Part shown: positions 38,844 through 52,267 of the stretch, piece after piece | Layout of the letters: every line of letters begins with the position of its first letter | Position numbering within the stretch: the stretch's first letter is position 1 | NCBI GenBank assembly: GCA_013265495.1 | Contig: MU058065.1 | Location: 10,395,720 to 10,459,719, forward strand | Length of the DNA: 64,000 bases | Origin: Vicugna vicugna | Taxonomy: Eukaryota | Reading direction: 5' to 3' | Made by a program: the position numbers and the translations under genes | Notes under the pieces: generated by a model | What the model was told of the DNA's origin: nothing | Database searches by the model: none | Seen by the model: only the letters and a program-made list of their open reading frames with translations

Positions 38844-39995
38844 GGGAGGAGCAGTGAGATCAAGATAGCAGAGCAGGAAGCTCCTGAACACACTTCCTCC
38901 CGTGAGCACATTAAAATTACAACTACTTACAGAGCAACTATCTACGAGAACAACCTGAAGACTAGCGGAGCATTATTTTTTCACAACTGAAGACATAAAG
39001 CAGGAGCTACAAGGAGAAGGGCAGGGGGCGGAGATGCGATCTAGTCAGGAACCACACCTCTAGGTTGGTGACCCATAACCACAGAGGTCCTTCCCACAGA
39101 GCAAGGTGTTTGAGCTCCCCAAATTGGGCTTCTCAACCTGGGGGTTCTGCACCAGGAAGAGGAGACTTCAGAATATCTGGCTTTGAAAACCAGTGGAGCT
39201 TATATTTGAGAGAGTTGGAAGACTAAGAAACAGAGGCTCCACTGTTAAAGGATGTGTGCAAAATTTCACATACTCCAGGTCCCAGCACAGACACAGCGGT
39301 TTGAAAGGAGCCTGGGTCAGACACACTTGCTGATTTTGGAGAGCCTCTTGTTGAGGCAGGGATAGCTGGGACCTCCTTCCCCTGGAGACAGAAGCCATTT
39401 TGGGGATCTCATTCTACCATGTTGACACCAGTACTGGAAAATGCCATTTTGGAATCCTCCCTCTGACCTGTTAGCGGAGGGGGTGCTTCCTCCATCCACT
39501 AGTGGGCCTATAGCAGCTGCATGCTGCTGGGTTGCATAGCCATCTGCATGGAGAGCCTGCCCTTGCGGCTAATTAGCCCAGAGCAGTCACATGATGTCAG
39601 AAAAAGACAAGTACCATACGATCTCATTTATCTGTGGAATCTAAAAAACAAAACATTTAAGCAAACAGCACAAAATGAAAACAGACTCATAGATACAGAG
39701 AAAAAAATTGATGGTTACCAAAGGAGAAAAGAGTGTGGGGGTTGGGTGAAATGGGTGAAGGGGATTAAGATGCATAAATTTCAGTTATAAATAAGTCACA
39801 GAAATGTAACATACAGCATTAAGGAATATAGTCAATAATATTGTAATAACTTTGTATGGGGACAAGGTGGTTACTAGACTTATTGTGGTTATAATATTGT
39901 AATGTATTTAAATGGCAAATCATTATACTGTACACCTAAAACTAACATAATAATTCTGCATCAACTATATTTCAATTTAAAAAATAAGTAAATAA
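38844..39995 (+). mobile_element. L1 5' UTR (~38844-39590) joined directly to an L1 3' end (~39595-39995)
   Basis: The 5' part starts GGGAGGAG...CAAGATAGCAG and is GC-richer, like an L1 5' UTR. The 3' part reads GTCAGAAAAAGACAAGTACCATACGATCTCATTTATCTGTGGAATCTAAAAA...TGTACACCTAAAACTAACATAAT plus an A-rich tail. Confidence 0.75.
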
Positions 39996-42119
39996 ATTAG
40001 AAAACAAACAATAAAAAGGAGATATATAGTAATATGCTAATATGAAATAATTTAGTCCACATAACAAACCAATGAATATGGGTTATTCATTTTAACCAAG
40101 GGATATATACTGTTATGATCCCACTTTTTCATTTTGTTTGAGGATATTATTGTATATAGGGGTTGGTTAATTTTTTCAAAATTACATAGTTTGTTGGTTA
40201 ATTATTCCCAGAATGCATCATAGCAAAATGGAGTATGCTACTATACTGTAATTGACCACTGCCATCCTCTGAAAATTTATTGACCAGCTAAATAAATGAA
40301 ATATCAAGAAAAGAGGAGTCTGACCACTTTTAACAACTCCAATGACTGTGACATTTCTAAAGGGATATTATTATTTATGTATATGAGATAGAGAGATTTT
40401 GCAAATCTTGTATGTACCTATACATAACAATATGCTTATTTTGCAAAAATGCCTAATAAAAATAACATGAAGATGTTTAAAGAGTGAATTAAGAAGAACT
40501 TGTATAATAACATTCCTTTGAAGATACAAGTGACACTGTATATATTGTCAAATGCCTGAAACATGAACACTGCTAATACGTTGTACTCTCAGGAGTCAAG
40601 TGAAAAACATTACCGTTTCGTTTTTCAGGCATCTAAAGGAAACCAATCCTTGGATAAGAAACAGGTCACAGAATATATACAAGGGGTGGAAATGCATAAA
40701 GGAATAATTTCACTTTCCAAAGTACTAATTTATTTCCTTGAAAAAGTTGCAAATATGCATGCTAGATTTAAATATAAATTAAAACCTTGTAAATAGCAGT
40801 ATTATCATCTAGTATTATTTTTTTGACAGCATGTCTCACATAAATAAAGAGTATGAGAAAGGCAGTAAGAGCAAAGTTTAATGGTTGAAAATAGTTCATT
40901 TGGAATAATGAGAGATTTAACAAAACATCAGTGATGGACAAGAAATGAAGATTTTGCTATCCATAAAAATAAAATCTGCAAAATATTTGAAAAGTTTTAC
41001 TTTGAAGAATGTAACAATATCAAGACTAGAGGAAATAGTTACTATAAACTTCAAGGCAGTGATAGTTTCATTTTTATAATACATATTACTTATATATTCA
41101 ATTAAGTATCTACTATTAACATAATTTAATTTAAGCTAATGTTAATGTGACTCCATTTTAGTTTCATATAATTAAACTAAATATATGTAGTGATTATATG
41201 GATACTAAAATATGACTTGAGACTTCAACTTGTAAAACAAAATAAGTGATTCTATTAAATGCATACATATGTACATACATACATACATAATAAAACCTGT
41301 AGGACTGGAATTTAGGAAAATATAAGAGCAACAAACATGTTTTTGCAATTCAGGAATGAAATTTCATTTTTTTTTTATTTTTAGAAGATAGTTTTGTTTT
41401 TAGAAAAAGGAAGATGAATAAAATAATTTGACAGGGTCACCTCAGGAGTCTGACATGTCCTCCTCTTTGATTTAATTTGCCCTTTAAGTAAAAACTAAAA
41501 TATAGTGATATTTATAAATTTATATCAAAATTAGGAATGATTTTTAAATGTTTTAATAATGATATATCAAATATACTACATATTTTTGATAAAAATTGAG
41601 TTGAAAGATGGTCTTTAAATATGAACACATGAATATTAATGGTAATGCTATTAATAAATATATTTGATTCTTTGCATTTTAGTATCAAAATAGTAAAGGA
41701 AAAACAAAATTTAGAAAAATAATTAGAATGCAATATTAATTTTTAATTAATTTTATAGAAAATGTTAAGGATAATTATTTTAATCAAGCAAACTAATTTT
41801 AAAGAAATTTAAAAGATGGTATAAAAATAATAAATTTTTAATAATGAAATTTTATAAGGAAAATATTTCTCAAAAATTGTTTTGAATCTTGAGATAATCT
41901 TACTGTGCAATTCCTTAGATTAATTTTGCTGTGCTTTTTCTATTTTCTTTAGAGGATAGAAAGTTAGAATTAAGAATTTGAAACCTTTTTTCTTATCTAA
42001 TGTAAGTATTTAGTGCTACAAATTTCAAAAAGCTTTTATAAATTAAAATTAAAAAGCACTGCTTTTGCTGCATCCCACAAACCCACTTTCTTTTCACCTT
42101 ATTCTCAAACATCTTGTAT

Positions 42120-43250
42120 AGGTAATAAATCTCATTTCTTATTTCTTGTACATGTGATTTATTTTACAAAAGTAAATAAAAAATATTTTATATTTTTCTT
42201 TTCTTCTTACATGAAAGGTAACGTGCTACAGATTCTGTATTGCTGTTTCTCCTTCCCACTTTTGTTTTCATTTATCAGTATGTTCTTGTGATAACTTTAT
42301 ATCAGTTTGTAGAGCTGTCCTATTTTACACTACATAGCATAGTCTTTTGTGAATATATCTTGATTCATTACTCCTCCACATACGGGCATTTACCTGAATT
42401 TCCAATATTATGCAGTATTTTGCAATTATAAACAAGGTTATAAGTCTGCATAATTTCTCCTTATGAAATTTTTATTGTTGGAAGTATATCTTCAGGATAG
42501 ACTCTTACAAATGGGATTTCTGGGTCCAACGTTAAATTCATATGAGGTTTGTTTGGTATTGCTAAATTCTTCTCCAGAGCAGTTTTGCCAGTTTGCACTT
42601 CCGCTAGCAATGTGTGAAGGTTATTCTTTTTTTTAATCTAATTTCATTGACTAATACCTCTAGAATACGTTGAACAGTAGCAGAGATAGTAGTTCACCTT
42701 TTTTTATTTTAGTGAAAATGTCTCTAATATTCTATGAGTGTAAGATATTAACTAGCAATAAAATTCCCTCAATTTTTTTTATTTTTGTATTTAAAAAATA
42801 TCAGGAATGTTTGTTAAAATATTTTTGAAATAATTTAAGCAGCTATGGCAATACATATTTGCTTTTTCCCCTCTTAGATTCATTAATATGTTATATAATA
42901 CTAATGAATTTCCTAAGATTGATTCAACTTTCAGTTATTGGATTTAATCTCACTTGATCATTCTGTGCTGTTTAATTAATGTGCCATTGTGTTTTCTTTA
43001 TGTGTATTCTATTTAATATTTTTGCATCATTTATTCACCATATTGCTTTATAGTTTTCTTTTTTAAATTATTTGTATCATATTTAAGAGTCATTGTTTTC
43101 CTTATTTTATTAAAAAATTAGGACATTTTTATATTTAAAAATATTTTAGAACAATTTATAGATTATTAGTATTATATGCTATCAAAAGTATTACATGCTC
43201 TTGAATTTCCCAAGATAACCATCTAAACCTAGTGCTCTTTTCTGAGGTAA
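42120..43250 (-). mobile_element. Old L1 (L1ME-like) fragments
   Basis: Antisense motifs such as AATGGGATTTCTGGGTC, TTTGCACTTCCGCTAGCAATGTGTGA and TAATATTTTTGCATC. Confidence 0.65.
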
Positions 43251-44094
43251 GTTATATGGAAATACTTGTACTTACTTAACTTTTAATTTCCTCCTATGTT
43301 TCCTTGACTTGTCCCAAGCTGACCCATTTATCTGAGTTGGTGTTCTTTGCTTGACTAATATTTACTTGTTACTTAATGTCTAATTCAACTATTACTTGCT
43401 TTGTAATGCTTCCTCTGATATTCCCTTTTCTTCCTATGAGCTGATTTTCCTCTTTATGCTACGTTAGCATATATTATGATCCTAATGTACTTAAGCTTTT
43501 GCAGTTTTTTCACCCTTATTGAATAGACTGTTAGCTCTATAATGTATTGTTTTTGTTTTTCTTATAGCCAATATAGTGTCTGCTACATAGTTGGTCCTGA
43601 ATAATTACCATTTGAACAGAACTGAACTAAATATTTTTAGAAAACAAATTCTTCATAACAACCACTGCATATTTTAAAAAGAAAGATGATCATTTAGGTA
43701 TATTCATTCAAATAAAGTATATGCTCACATTTAATGATAAATGGGAAAAATCAAGTTTACATATTTAGATAAATTCCAGCCAAATTTGAAGAATCTTTGG
43801 GGATCTTCTGACTTTAAATATTGTTATGTAGCAAAAATGAAGTTCACTAATACTTGGTGGAAGAGCACCCTAAAGATATCGCTATTACTGTTGCAATGGA
43901 GATAAATTGTGTGTTTTTAAGCATTGTAGAGATAAAAACCTAAATTTGAAAATATAAGGACAAAATGAAAAGTTGCATGTTTAGCAATTTGAATTTATAA
44001 GCACAGGTTTGTATTAGAGCTGTCATGGGCAATGTTGTGTAATGGTCATGGAAATTAGAAACAAGCATTTCTTTTAAAATAATTTTAATGACTC

Positions 44095-44527
44095 TTGAAG
44101 TAGACTGAACAGACCTACCAAAGATGTTCATATCTGAATCCTCAGAATCTGTAAATATGCTAACTTATATGGCAAAAGGAACTTTACAGATATGATTAAG
44201 TTAAGGATCTTGAGTTAGAGATATTATGTCATGTAAGCCTGATGTAATTACAAGGGTCTTTTTAAAAGGGAGGCAAGAGGTCAGAAAGGAGAAAAGATAC
44301 TACCATGCTGGCTTTGAAGACTGAGGAAGAGTCATGAGCCAAGGAATATAGATAGACTTTAGGAGCTAAAAAAGGCAAGGAAATGGATGTCCCACTAAAG
44401 CCTAGTATACACCTGTAGGGACCCACTTTAGACTTCTGACTTACAAAACTATAACATAATAAAGTTTTGTTGTTTTAAGTCGTCGCATTGTGGAAATTCA
44501 TTACAGCAGTAATAGGAAACTACTATA
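44095..44527 (+). mobile_element. MLT1C/D solo LTR
   Basis: CCAAAGATGTTCATATCTGAATCC...TATGGCAAAAGGAACTTTACAGATATGATTAAGTTAAGGATCTTGAG...GCTGGCTTTGAAGA...TTACAGCAGTAATAGGAAACTA. Confidence 0.88.
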
Positions 44528-46184
44528 ATTCTCCTGAATGGAAACCAAGTACTTTGCCAATATATTTACATTTAGTTTTAAAAATTCTGTTGTATAGTTA
44601 GGAAAACCAAAGGACTTGGTTTACAAAGAGAGTGAATATATGCTACAAATAAAATGGTATAATTATTTTTATACATCTGTTTTTTTCTGAGGGAATTAAC
44701 CAGTAATTCACCTGAAGTTTTCTTTAACTTTACCCAAAAAGGATTCTGGAAATTATAGCTGCTAGAATTTTGCAATGAAACAGTGAAGGGTTCCAGTTAT
44801 AGTAAGTTTGAGCAGGACAAATCCTGAGTTCAGTCCTCATTTGTTAATAGGAAAACAAACAAAATCCTTTATTTGTCATTCTTTTATATATAGAGAGTTT
44901 TAAAACTATACCTATACTTTTTAACATCCAGACTCTTAGAACTTCAGTTTTTATATTTTTGACTGTCAAAACTCCCCTGAAAGCTAATATATACAGTAGA
45001 ACAACATGGTTCACAAACTATAACTCTTCAGCAGTTATTTCCTTAGTAGAGCTGATTTAGACATATCCCTGAATCTTAAAGAATCTTAAATAAGTTAATA
45101 GTTATTTAAACTGATATACCCAGTTTACAGTAAAATAATAGAGATATACTTAAAAAATTTGGTTTCTAGGATCAATGTGATTAAGTTTAGTTAGAATCAT
45201 AGCTGTGCTGCTTTTATTATAATATTATTTTAAATTGTGATATTGCTTATATATCTAGGCATCACACATACAAATATTTTCCATGTCACTTACTTTGACA
45301 AAACTTCAAAGCAAGTGCAGAAACATCTTTAAAGATTCCCCAGCGGCGCAATTAGCACTTCCAAATCTTCTTCTAATTAATCACTAGGAACACTTGACTA
45401 ATTTGGATTTAACTCCTAATTCAAAAGTTTTCTGAGAACTATAATACAACTTTAATTTTTTAAGTAGTCACTCCTTAGATACATATAGTTCAATATTACT
45501 GAAATTATTTTTGAAGAGGTGAATTCAAATGGACATTTTACCTGGTAAAATTTTAACAGCTGTTAGAGCTGTTTTGGCTGTATCAATATCCTCTTTCTCT
45601 GGAGTCATTTTAAAAACTCAGTTTAAAAATTAATATTAATCACACATTTTTTAAGGATATAAAAAACATATTAATTGATATTTGATATATTTTCTTTCAG
45701 AAGGGTTGTGGGAAAATGTCCAAAATTTAGCTATATTTTAACCAAAGCTATAGTGCCACTTAAAATGCATGTTAAAACGTGTAAGTTAAGTCTGTGGTGA
45801 TTAGTAGCATTAATTTGCATTTCAAAATAAGTTGTAAGTTAATTTGTATGAAACAAAATTGCAGAAACAATCACCTGCATGAAATACTTTAAGAATGGCA
45901 TAGGAAAACACTGTAATTACTGTGAATTAGAGTAACTACTATCATACTTAAAAATCACTGCAAATATAAAAACCAATAAAATGATTGTTATTTATGGTTG
46001 GAATCCACATTGTTTATTGAACTTTATATAGCTATACTATTTTACAGAGATTTAAAACTAGTTATAGGAATAGTTCTACTTTGTATACAAGGGATGAAAT
46101 GTTTTGAGCTGGTTATATAAAACGATAATCAAGCAATAGACATTTATTTACATTCCTTCACATTTAGCCCTATGTTATAAGTAG

Positions 46185-46410
46185 GGTTATAGAGTGATAC
46201 ATGGTTTTCAGAATCAATCAGTCACTTAATTTTGCCACTTAATAGCTCTTTTACCTTGAATATAACATTTATTCTTTCTGGGATTTGTAGTCTTTATATG
46301 TGAAATAAAGCTCTTTTTGCTTTGTTTTCAGGATAAAATTCAATACAATATCATATATAAAAGCATCTACCACTTATGGCATATGGCATTAACTCAATAA
46401 GTATTTGCTT
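46185..46410 (+). mobile_element. MIR SINE
   Basis: TTTTGCCACTTAATAGCTCTTTTACCTTGAATATAAC...TAAAAGCATCTACCAC...ACTCAATAAGTATTTGC. Confidence 0.7.
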
Positions 46411-47509
46411 CTTTTTTCTCATGTTTAAATCATCTTTTTACTAGGAAGAGGCTACTATTACAAAGTAAATAGAGTGCTATTATTTATAAAATAATGTCAA
46501 TATTAAGTAAAATGAACTAAAAAATGATTGCTATTTCAAGAATAAAGTTACATTTGTAAAATATCTTAAATTTATATCAACAATAACACAAAAAGTCCAG
46601 AAAAATCCCATTCTGGTTTCAGTTTATTCAACAAAAGCACCTTACCATTTGCTTTGCTGTGAACAGTTAGTGACACAGTTACAACTATAAATAAAATGCT
46701 AGAGGAAATCTTAGATTGTAATGTGAAGGGATAATCCAAACGATTATGTTTAGCATTTTCTTTTTTTAGTTTGTTTTCCTGCAGTGGCTCAACTAAGAAC
46801 ATTCTTTGCTTATTACCTTGAGAAGTGGCACAGTGAACAAAGGGAAACTACATTATGAGTAGGAATAAAGCTCCTACCTGTGATATTTATTGAAAAGAAA
46901 TTCCTGGGGCCTAAGTTTGGGATGGAAAACAAGAGAACATAATGAAGGAGAGGGGCTTGTAGGTAGTGAAAAGAGGTAGCCAGTCCTGCAGGACTTTGCT
47001 ATACATAATGAAGTGAGCATCACCAGAAACTGTCAACCACTGTTTTGCAAGAACCATTGATCTCCCCAGCCTATGAATTGCATGGATGTCAAGTCAGTGA
47101 ACATAAACTATCTAGTTTACCTTTCATGAGCATCATACTATACCTTTGCCAAGTTTTCATGAGTTACTGACTTTTCTTTCAGCATCCTTTCCTTCATAAG
47201 CACTAAGAAGATTGTCCATTGACTGTTCAATAGGGATGACACTCATGCATGTCTTGTGACTTTGCTCCATCCAGATTCAAATTACCTTATATGGGCAAAC
47301 TTTACTTCCACCAAACTGCCACCAATACTTTTAAAGTCTCAGAATAATGATAAGAAAGAAAAAGTGGCTAATGGGGTGGTGATGGCATGGGAGGAATGAC
47401 TCATGAACCTGTCCACATATGGAACTAAATGGGACCAACTCTACATCACTCTCACCCCCACCCATAATGCCAGAATCAATATATTTTATTTCATAATACT
47501 TACATATCA

Positions 47510-49372
47510 AAGGGTAGGAGAGAAAAAAGAATTTTCCCTCTACCCTTCTAAGTTCTTGGCCGAGGGCACCCCTATAATAAAAGATTAACAGGAGAAAAAC
47601 AGACTTTTACTAACATGCACTTTCTATTTATTTGGGAGATACCGCAGAAAAGGAAGTAATTCCCCACTGTCCAAGCCACCACCTTAAATGCCATCTCAAG
47701 CTAAAGACAAAAGAAGATGTTGCCAGGGAGGGAAGCGAGTTATGGGAGGTTACTAGGCAAAGCACAGTAAACAAGGGTGTGTTTGTTACGCAGATTTGAG
47801 TCAGTTGCCTTCTCCATTGATAAGATTTTCTAGAAATTTAGTAATTTTCCTCTTCCTGGTACAGAGAGGGAGATGCCCTACAAAAGGAGATTTTCCTTAT
47901 AAGTATAAATATCTCTTATGAAATAGTAACTTCTACTAGAAACTTCAGAACTTCTGTGTCTGCTGTTTCTTGAAAATGGTATGTTTAGTATTTGTGGACA
48001 TTTTACTGATGGCCATTCTGACCAGTGTGAGGTGATACCTCAATGTAGTTTTGATTTGCATTTCTCTGATAATTAGCAATATTGAGCATTTTTTCATGTG
48101 CTTATTGGCCATTTGTATGTCTTCACTGGAGAAATATTTGTTTAGGTCTTCTGCCCATTTTTGGACAGGGTTGTTTGCATTTTTTATTATTGAGTTGTAT
48201 CAACCATTTGTATATTCTGGAAATTAAGTACTTGTCTGTTGCATCATTTGTAAATATATTTTCTCATTCCATAGGTTGATTTTTCATTTTATTTATAGTT
48301 TCCTATACTGTGCAAAAGCTTGTAAATTTAATTAGGTCCCATTTGTTTATTTTTGCTTTTATTTCTATTAACTTGGTAGACTGCCTTAGGAGAACATTTT
48401 AATGATTCATATCAGAATGTTTTGCCTATGTTCTCTTCTAGGAAGTTTATGGTTTCTGGTCTTATATTTAAGTCTTTAAACCATTTTGAGTTTATTTTTA
48501 TGTATGGTTTTTGGGAGTGTTCTAATTTTATTGCTGGAGAGGATGTGAAGGAAAGGGAATCCTCTGATACTGTTGATGGGAATATAGCTTGGTGCAGTCA
48601 TTATGGAAAACAGTATGGAGATGACTTACAACCTGAAAATAGACTTACCTTATGATCCAGTAATCCCACTCCTGGGCATATATCCAGAGAAAACGTCAAT
48701 TTGAAAAGATATATGCACCTCAGTGTTTGTAGCAGCTCTATTTACAATAGCCAAGACATGGAAGCAACCTAAATGTCCATCAACAGATGACTGGATTAAG
48801 AAATTGTGATATGTATATGCAATGGAATACTACTCAGCCAGAAAAATAAAATAAAGTCATTGCAGCAACATGGATGGATCTGGAGATCGTCATACTAAGT
48901 GAAGTAAGCCAGAAAGAAAAAAAAATACTATATATCACTCATGTGGATAATAAAAGAAAAAAGGAAAAAAAAACCACAAATGAGCTTATTTAGACAGAAT
49001 AAGACTCACAGACAGAAACAGACTCACATAGAAAACAAACTTGGTTACTAGGGGAAAGGAGGGTGGCTGAGGGATAAACTGGAGTTCAGGATTTACAGAT
49101 ACTAACTACTATATATGGAATAGAAAAGCAACAAGGTCCTACTGTATAGCACAGGGAATTATATTCAATAGTTTGTAATGGCCTATAATGAAAAAATATG
49201 ACAAGGAATATATATATATGAATCACTGGGCTATACACCAGAAATTAACACAACATTGTAAACTGACTATACTTTAATTAAGAAAAAAAAAGAAAAAATT
49301 ACAGTTAGGATAATCCTTATGCCAAAATATGCCAAAGAGATGTATTTTGGAGTGACTAGTTCCATTCTCCTT
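47510..49372 (-). mobile_element. MER34-like ERV1 solo LTR split by an L1 insertion (pieces ~47510-47977 and ~49299-49372)
   Basis: The right piece ATAATCCTTATGCCAAA...TATTTTGGAGTG is the reverse complement of the recalled MER34-type start (CACCCCAAAATATGCCTCTTTGGCATAAGGATTAT); the left piece ends TGTCTGCTGTTTCTTGAAAAT. Confidence 0.7.
47980..49298 (+). mobile_element. L1 with a 5' inversion (twin priming): inverted 47980-48530, sense 48531-49298
   Basis: Antisense ORF2 (GATGGCCATTCTGACCAGTGTGAGG), then sense TGCTGGAGAGGATGTG through a cetartiodactyl-type 3' UTR (CTGTATAGCACAGGGAATTATATTCAATA) and A tail. Confidence 0.92.
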
Positions 49373-49599
49373 TAAGAGTCATGTTCAAGATTGGTAAAAA
49401 TGCTAATTTTTGAGTCCACCATGGCATTGAATCAATGCCACAAAGTAGTCTAGGGAAATGTCCATGTTATCAAATTTCCTCCTTATGTTTTACCACTTCT
49501 CAAAAACACGTGCTCACTGCAAAGCTTTATTTTGCTGGAAAAGTTACTAATCTTAATTTCATTCTAATTAGTTACATGACATAAGCGATTCTGTGCATT

Positions 49600-51660
49600 T
49601 ATTTCTTTTTCAGTAATATAGGTATTAACTACATCTGAGTATATTAGTGAGGATAGAATGAAAAAAGACACATGCATGTTTCTCTGTATTATAAAATATT
49701 TAAAAATACAAAATAACTTTCTATTGCATATGTTAAGTGTGAATAACAATAATCATATCAACATACCTCCCATGAATACATCATATTCTTTGATAACTAG
49801 AACACTGACATTTGAAGTTCCCTATTGCAACATCTTCCCTGAATTTTGTATTTCTTTCATTTTTTTTGTTTGTTTTGAAACTTTTTGTTTTATCGTATGT
49901 CTTCATAAGAATATATAGTTTTTTTTTTAAGATTTTAAAATAAAATAGTAGATTTTAGTTGTATTATTCTATGTTTTGCTTTTCTCACTTAACGTTACGG
50001 TCCTAGTATTCAGTCATGTATTGGATGTCTGTAATTTGCTTATTTTCTTTCTGCATGGTATTTCATTATATAACTTTTCAATTTATTTATTGATTCTCCT
50101 GTCTATAGACATTTATTATTTCTAGTTTTTGCTGTTACAAAAATTAAGTTGCTATAAAGTTTATTTAACATGTATTTAAAACCCATGTGCAAGAGTTTTT
50201 CTTAGGTTTTAAACTACAGAAAAATTGGAAGGTGATAGGATCAGCACAAGTTCAAAGTTACTAGAGAATGCATTTTCTAAAGTTGTGTCTATTTAGACTA
50301 CCACTATCATTGTATTGTTGCCCACATAGCTCCTCATCTTATCAACATTTGGTATAATCACACAATAATTTTTGCCAAGCTAATAGGTGCAAAGTGGAAT
50401 TTGCTGTTTTAAATTTTGCATTTCTTATGCTTGAGAATTGTTTCTTATATTTAACCATTCATAGCTCTTCTGTTTTTGAAATGCTTGCTTATTCTTTTGC
50501 CCAATTCTTTGTTACTGGATTGTTCTCCTCTTATTAATTTGTAAGAATTTTTATATGTTCTGGATACTAATTGTTATATTATTGAAAACATCTCCAGTTT
50601 GTGGCTTTCTACTTTATGTCTTTATATTTTTATACATTATCTTTCTACTTTATGTCCTATGAATAGAAGTTTATATTCTTACTGTGTGAGTTTATCATTA
50701 TTTTTAGTTGATGTCTCTTGTGACCTTTATATGAGATTCTTCTTTACACAGATATAATAAAGACATTTTCCTAATTTTCTTCTTATTTTAAAATATACAT
50801 ATTAATCTATTTTATCAATATGTTGTTTAAATTTTTTTCTCTACATCTATGAGTTAAATTACCCAGTATTCTCATTTCTTAGACTGTTCTTATTTGACTT
50901 CAGCATCAGTGTTAATCTAGACTCTTAGGATTACTTGGAAAATATTGTTACGTTTTCTGAAAAAAATTTGAATACTACTTAAATTTAAATTTGATGTTTG
51001 AGCTGGGCTTTGGCATTTGTGCAGATAAGTTCTATCTTTATTAAAATATAACGGATATTCAAGAAACTGCACATTTTGAAAGAGTACAATTTGATAAGTT
51101 CTGGCATACAGATATACCCATGAAATCACCTTCACGATGAAGATTCAAAAAAAAATTATCCTCAAAGCATTTCCTCCTGCCCCCTTGGTATTCACTCTCC
51201 ACTCCCCTGCCTGTATACAACCACTGATCTGCTTTCTGTCAAAGTAGATTAGTTAGCATTTTTTAGAATTTTCATAAACAGAATAATACATTATAACCAT
51301 AAATACTCTTTGTCTGACTTATATTAGTTAATATAATTATTGTGAGATACAGCCATGTTATTGAGTATATCATTTATTATCTTTTCTTGCTGAGTAATAT
51401 TCCATTATATATATTTACCACAATTTGCAGTTAAGTAGCATTTGGTCTCTTTCCAGATTTTGGATAATACAAATAAAGCTGCTATAAACATTCACATGCA
51501 AATCTTTATGTGGACATATGGTTTCACTTAATTTTGATAAATACCTATGAATGGAATTTATGGGACATATTTAAGGTATGTTTTTAATGGTTTAAGTGAC
51601 TGATTAAGTAATTTCCGAAGTGGTTGTAAGATTGTGTATTTCTACTAGCAGTGTGGAACC
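49600..51660 (-). mobile_element. Old L1 3' fragments (L1ME and L1MB/MC-like)
   Basis: Antisense L1 3' motifs (CAACCACTGATCTGCTTTCTGTC, TTGCTGAGTAATATTCCATT, AATAAAGCTGCTATAAACATTC). Confidence 0.75.
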
Positions 51661-52267
51661 CATTTTAATAAGTTTCATGCTGACCATATGTATTTGTATC
51701 TTACTTTTTTACAATCTAACAATTTTCTCCTTTTAATTGGGGGTGTAATTTGATTTATATTATAGTTTATTTTAAATCTACCATTTTGCTACTTTTTAAA
51801 GAGCAGTTGTCCCCTTGTGCTTTTTTTCCCTTTTGGGGGCTTTTTTTTTTTTCTTTGAAGTAAGTATTTTCTATTATTTAATTTTATCACCATTATAGGC
51901 TAATTAGTTACACTTCTCTTGTTATGTTTTAGTGGTCATCCTAATGTTTACAATATATACTTTTACTTTATCACAATTTTCCTTCAAATAATACCATGTC
52001 CTTTCCCATTTAATGTAACAAACTCACAATGATTTTCAATCCTTACTTCATCATTTTTTGTCATTATTGTCATTAATTTTACTTCTACCTATGTTTTAAA
52101 CTCGATAATACTTTGCTTTATTTTTACTTTAGTCACTTCTTTTATAGAACTAAAGTAAGAAAAAAGTCTCTGATTTCATTTTTTACTCTTTTTGGCACAG
52201 TTAACTTCTTTTCATAGGTACAAATAACCATCTTATATCATCTTCTTTTCTACTTGAAGTACTCTTT

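Noticed and set aside
38844..39590. CpG island or gene promoter
   Set aside because: The GC-richer stretch is explained by an L1 5' UTR, and CpGs are sparse.
41400..41900. Extremely AT-rich block as a matrix-attachment or origin element
   Set aside because: Composition alone is not evidence in a window that is AT-rich throughout.
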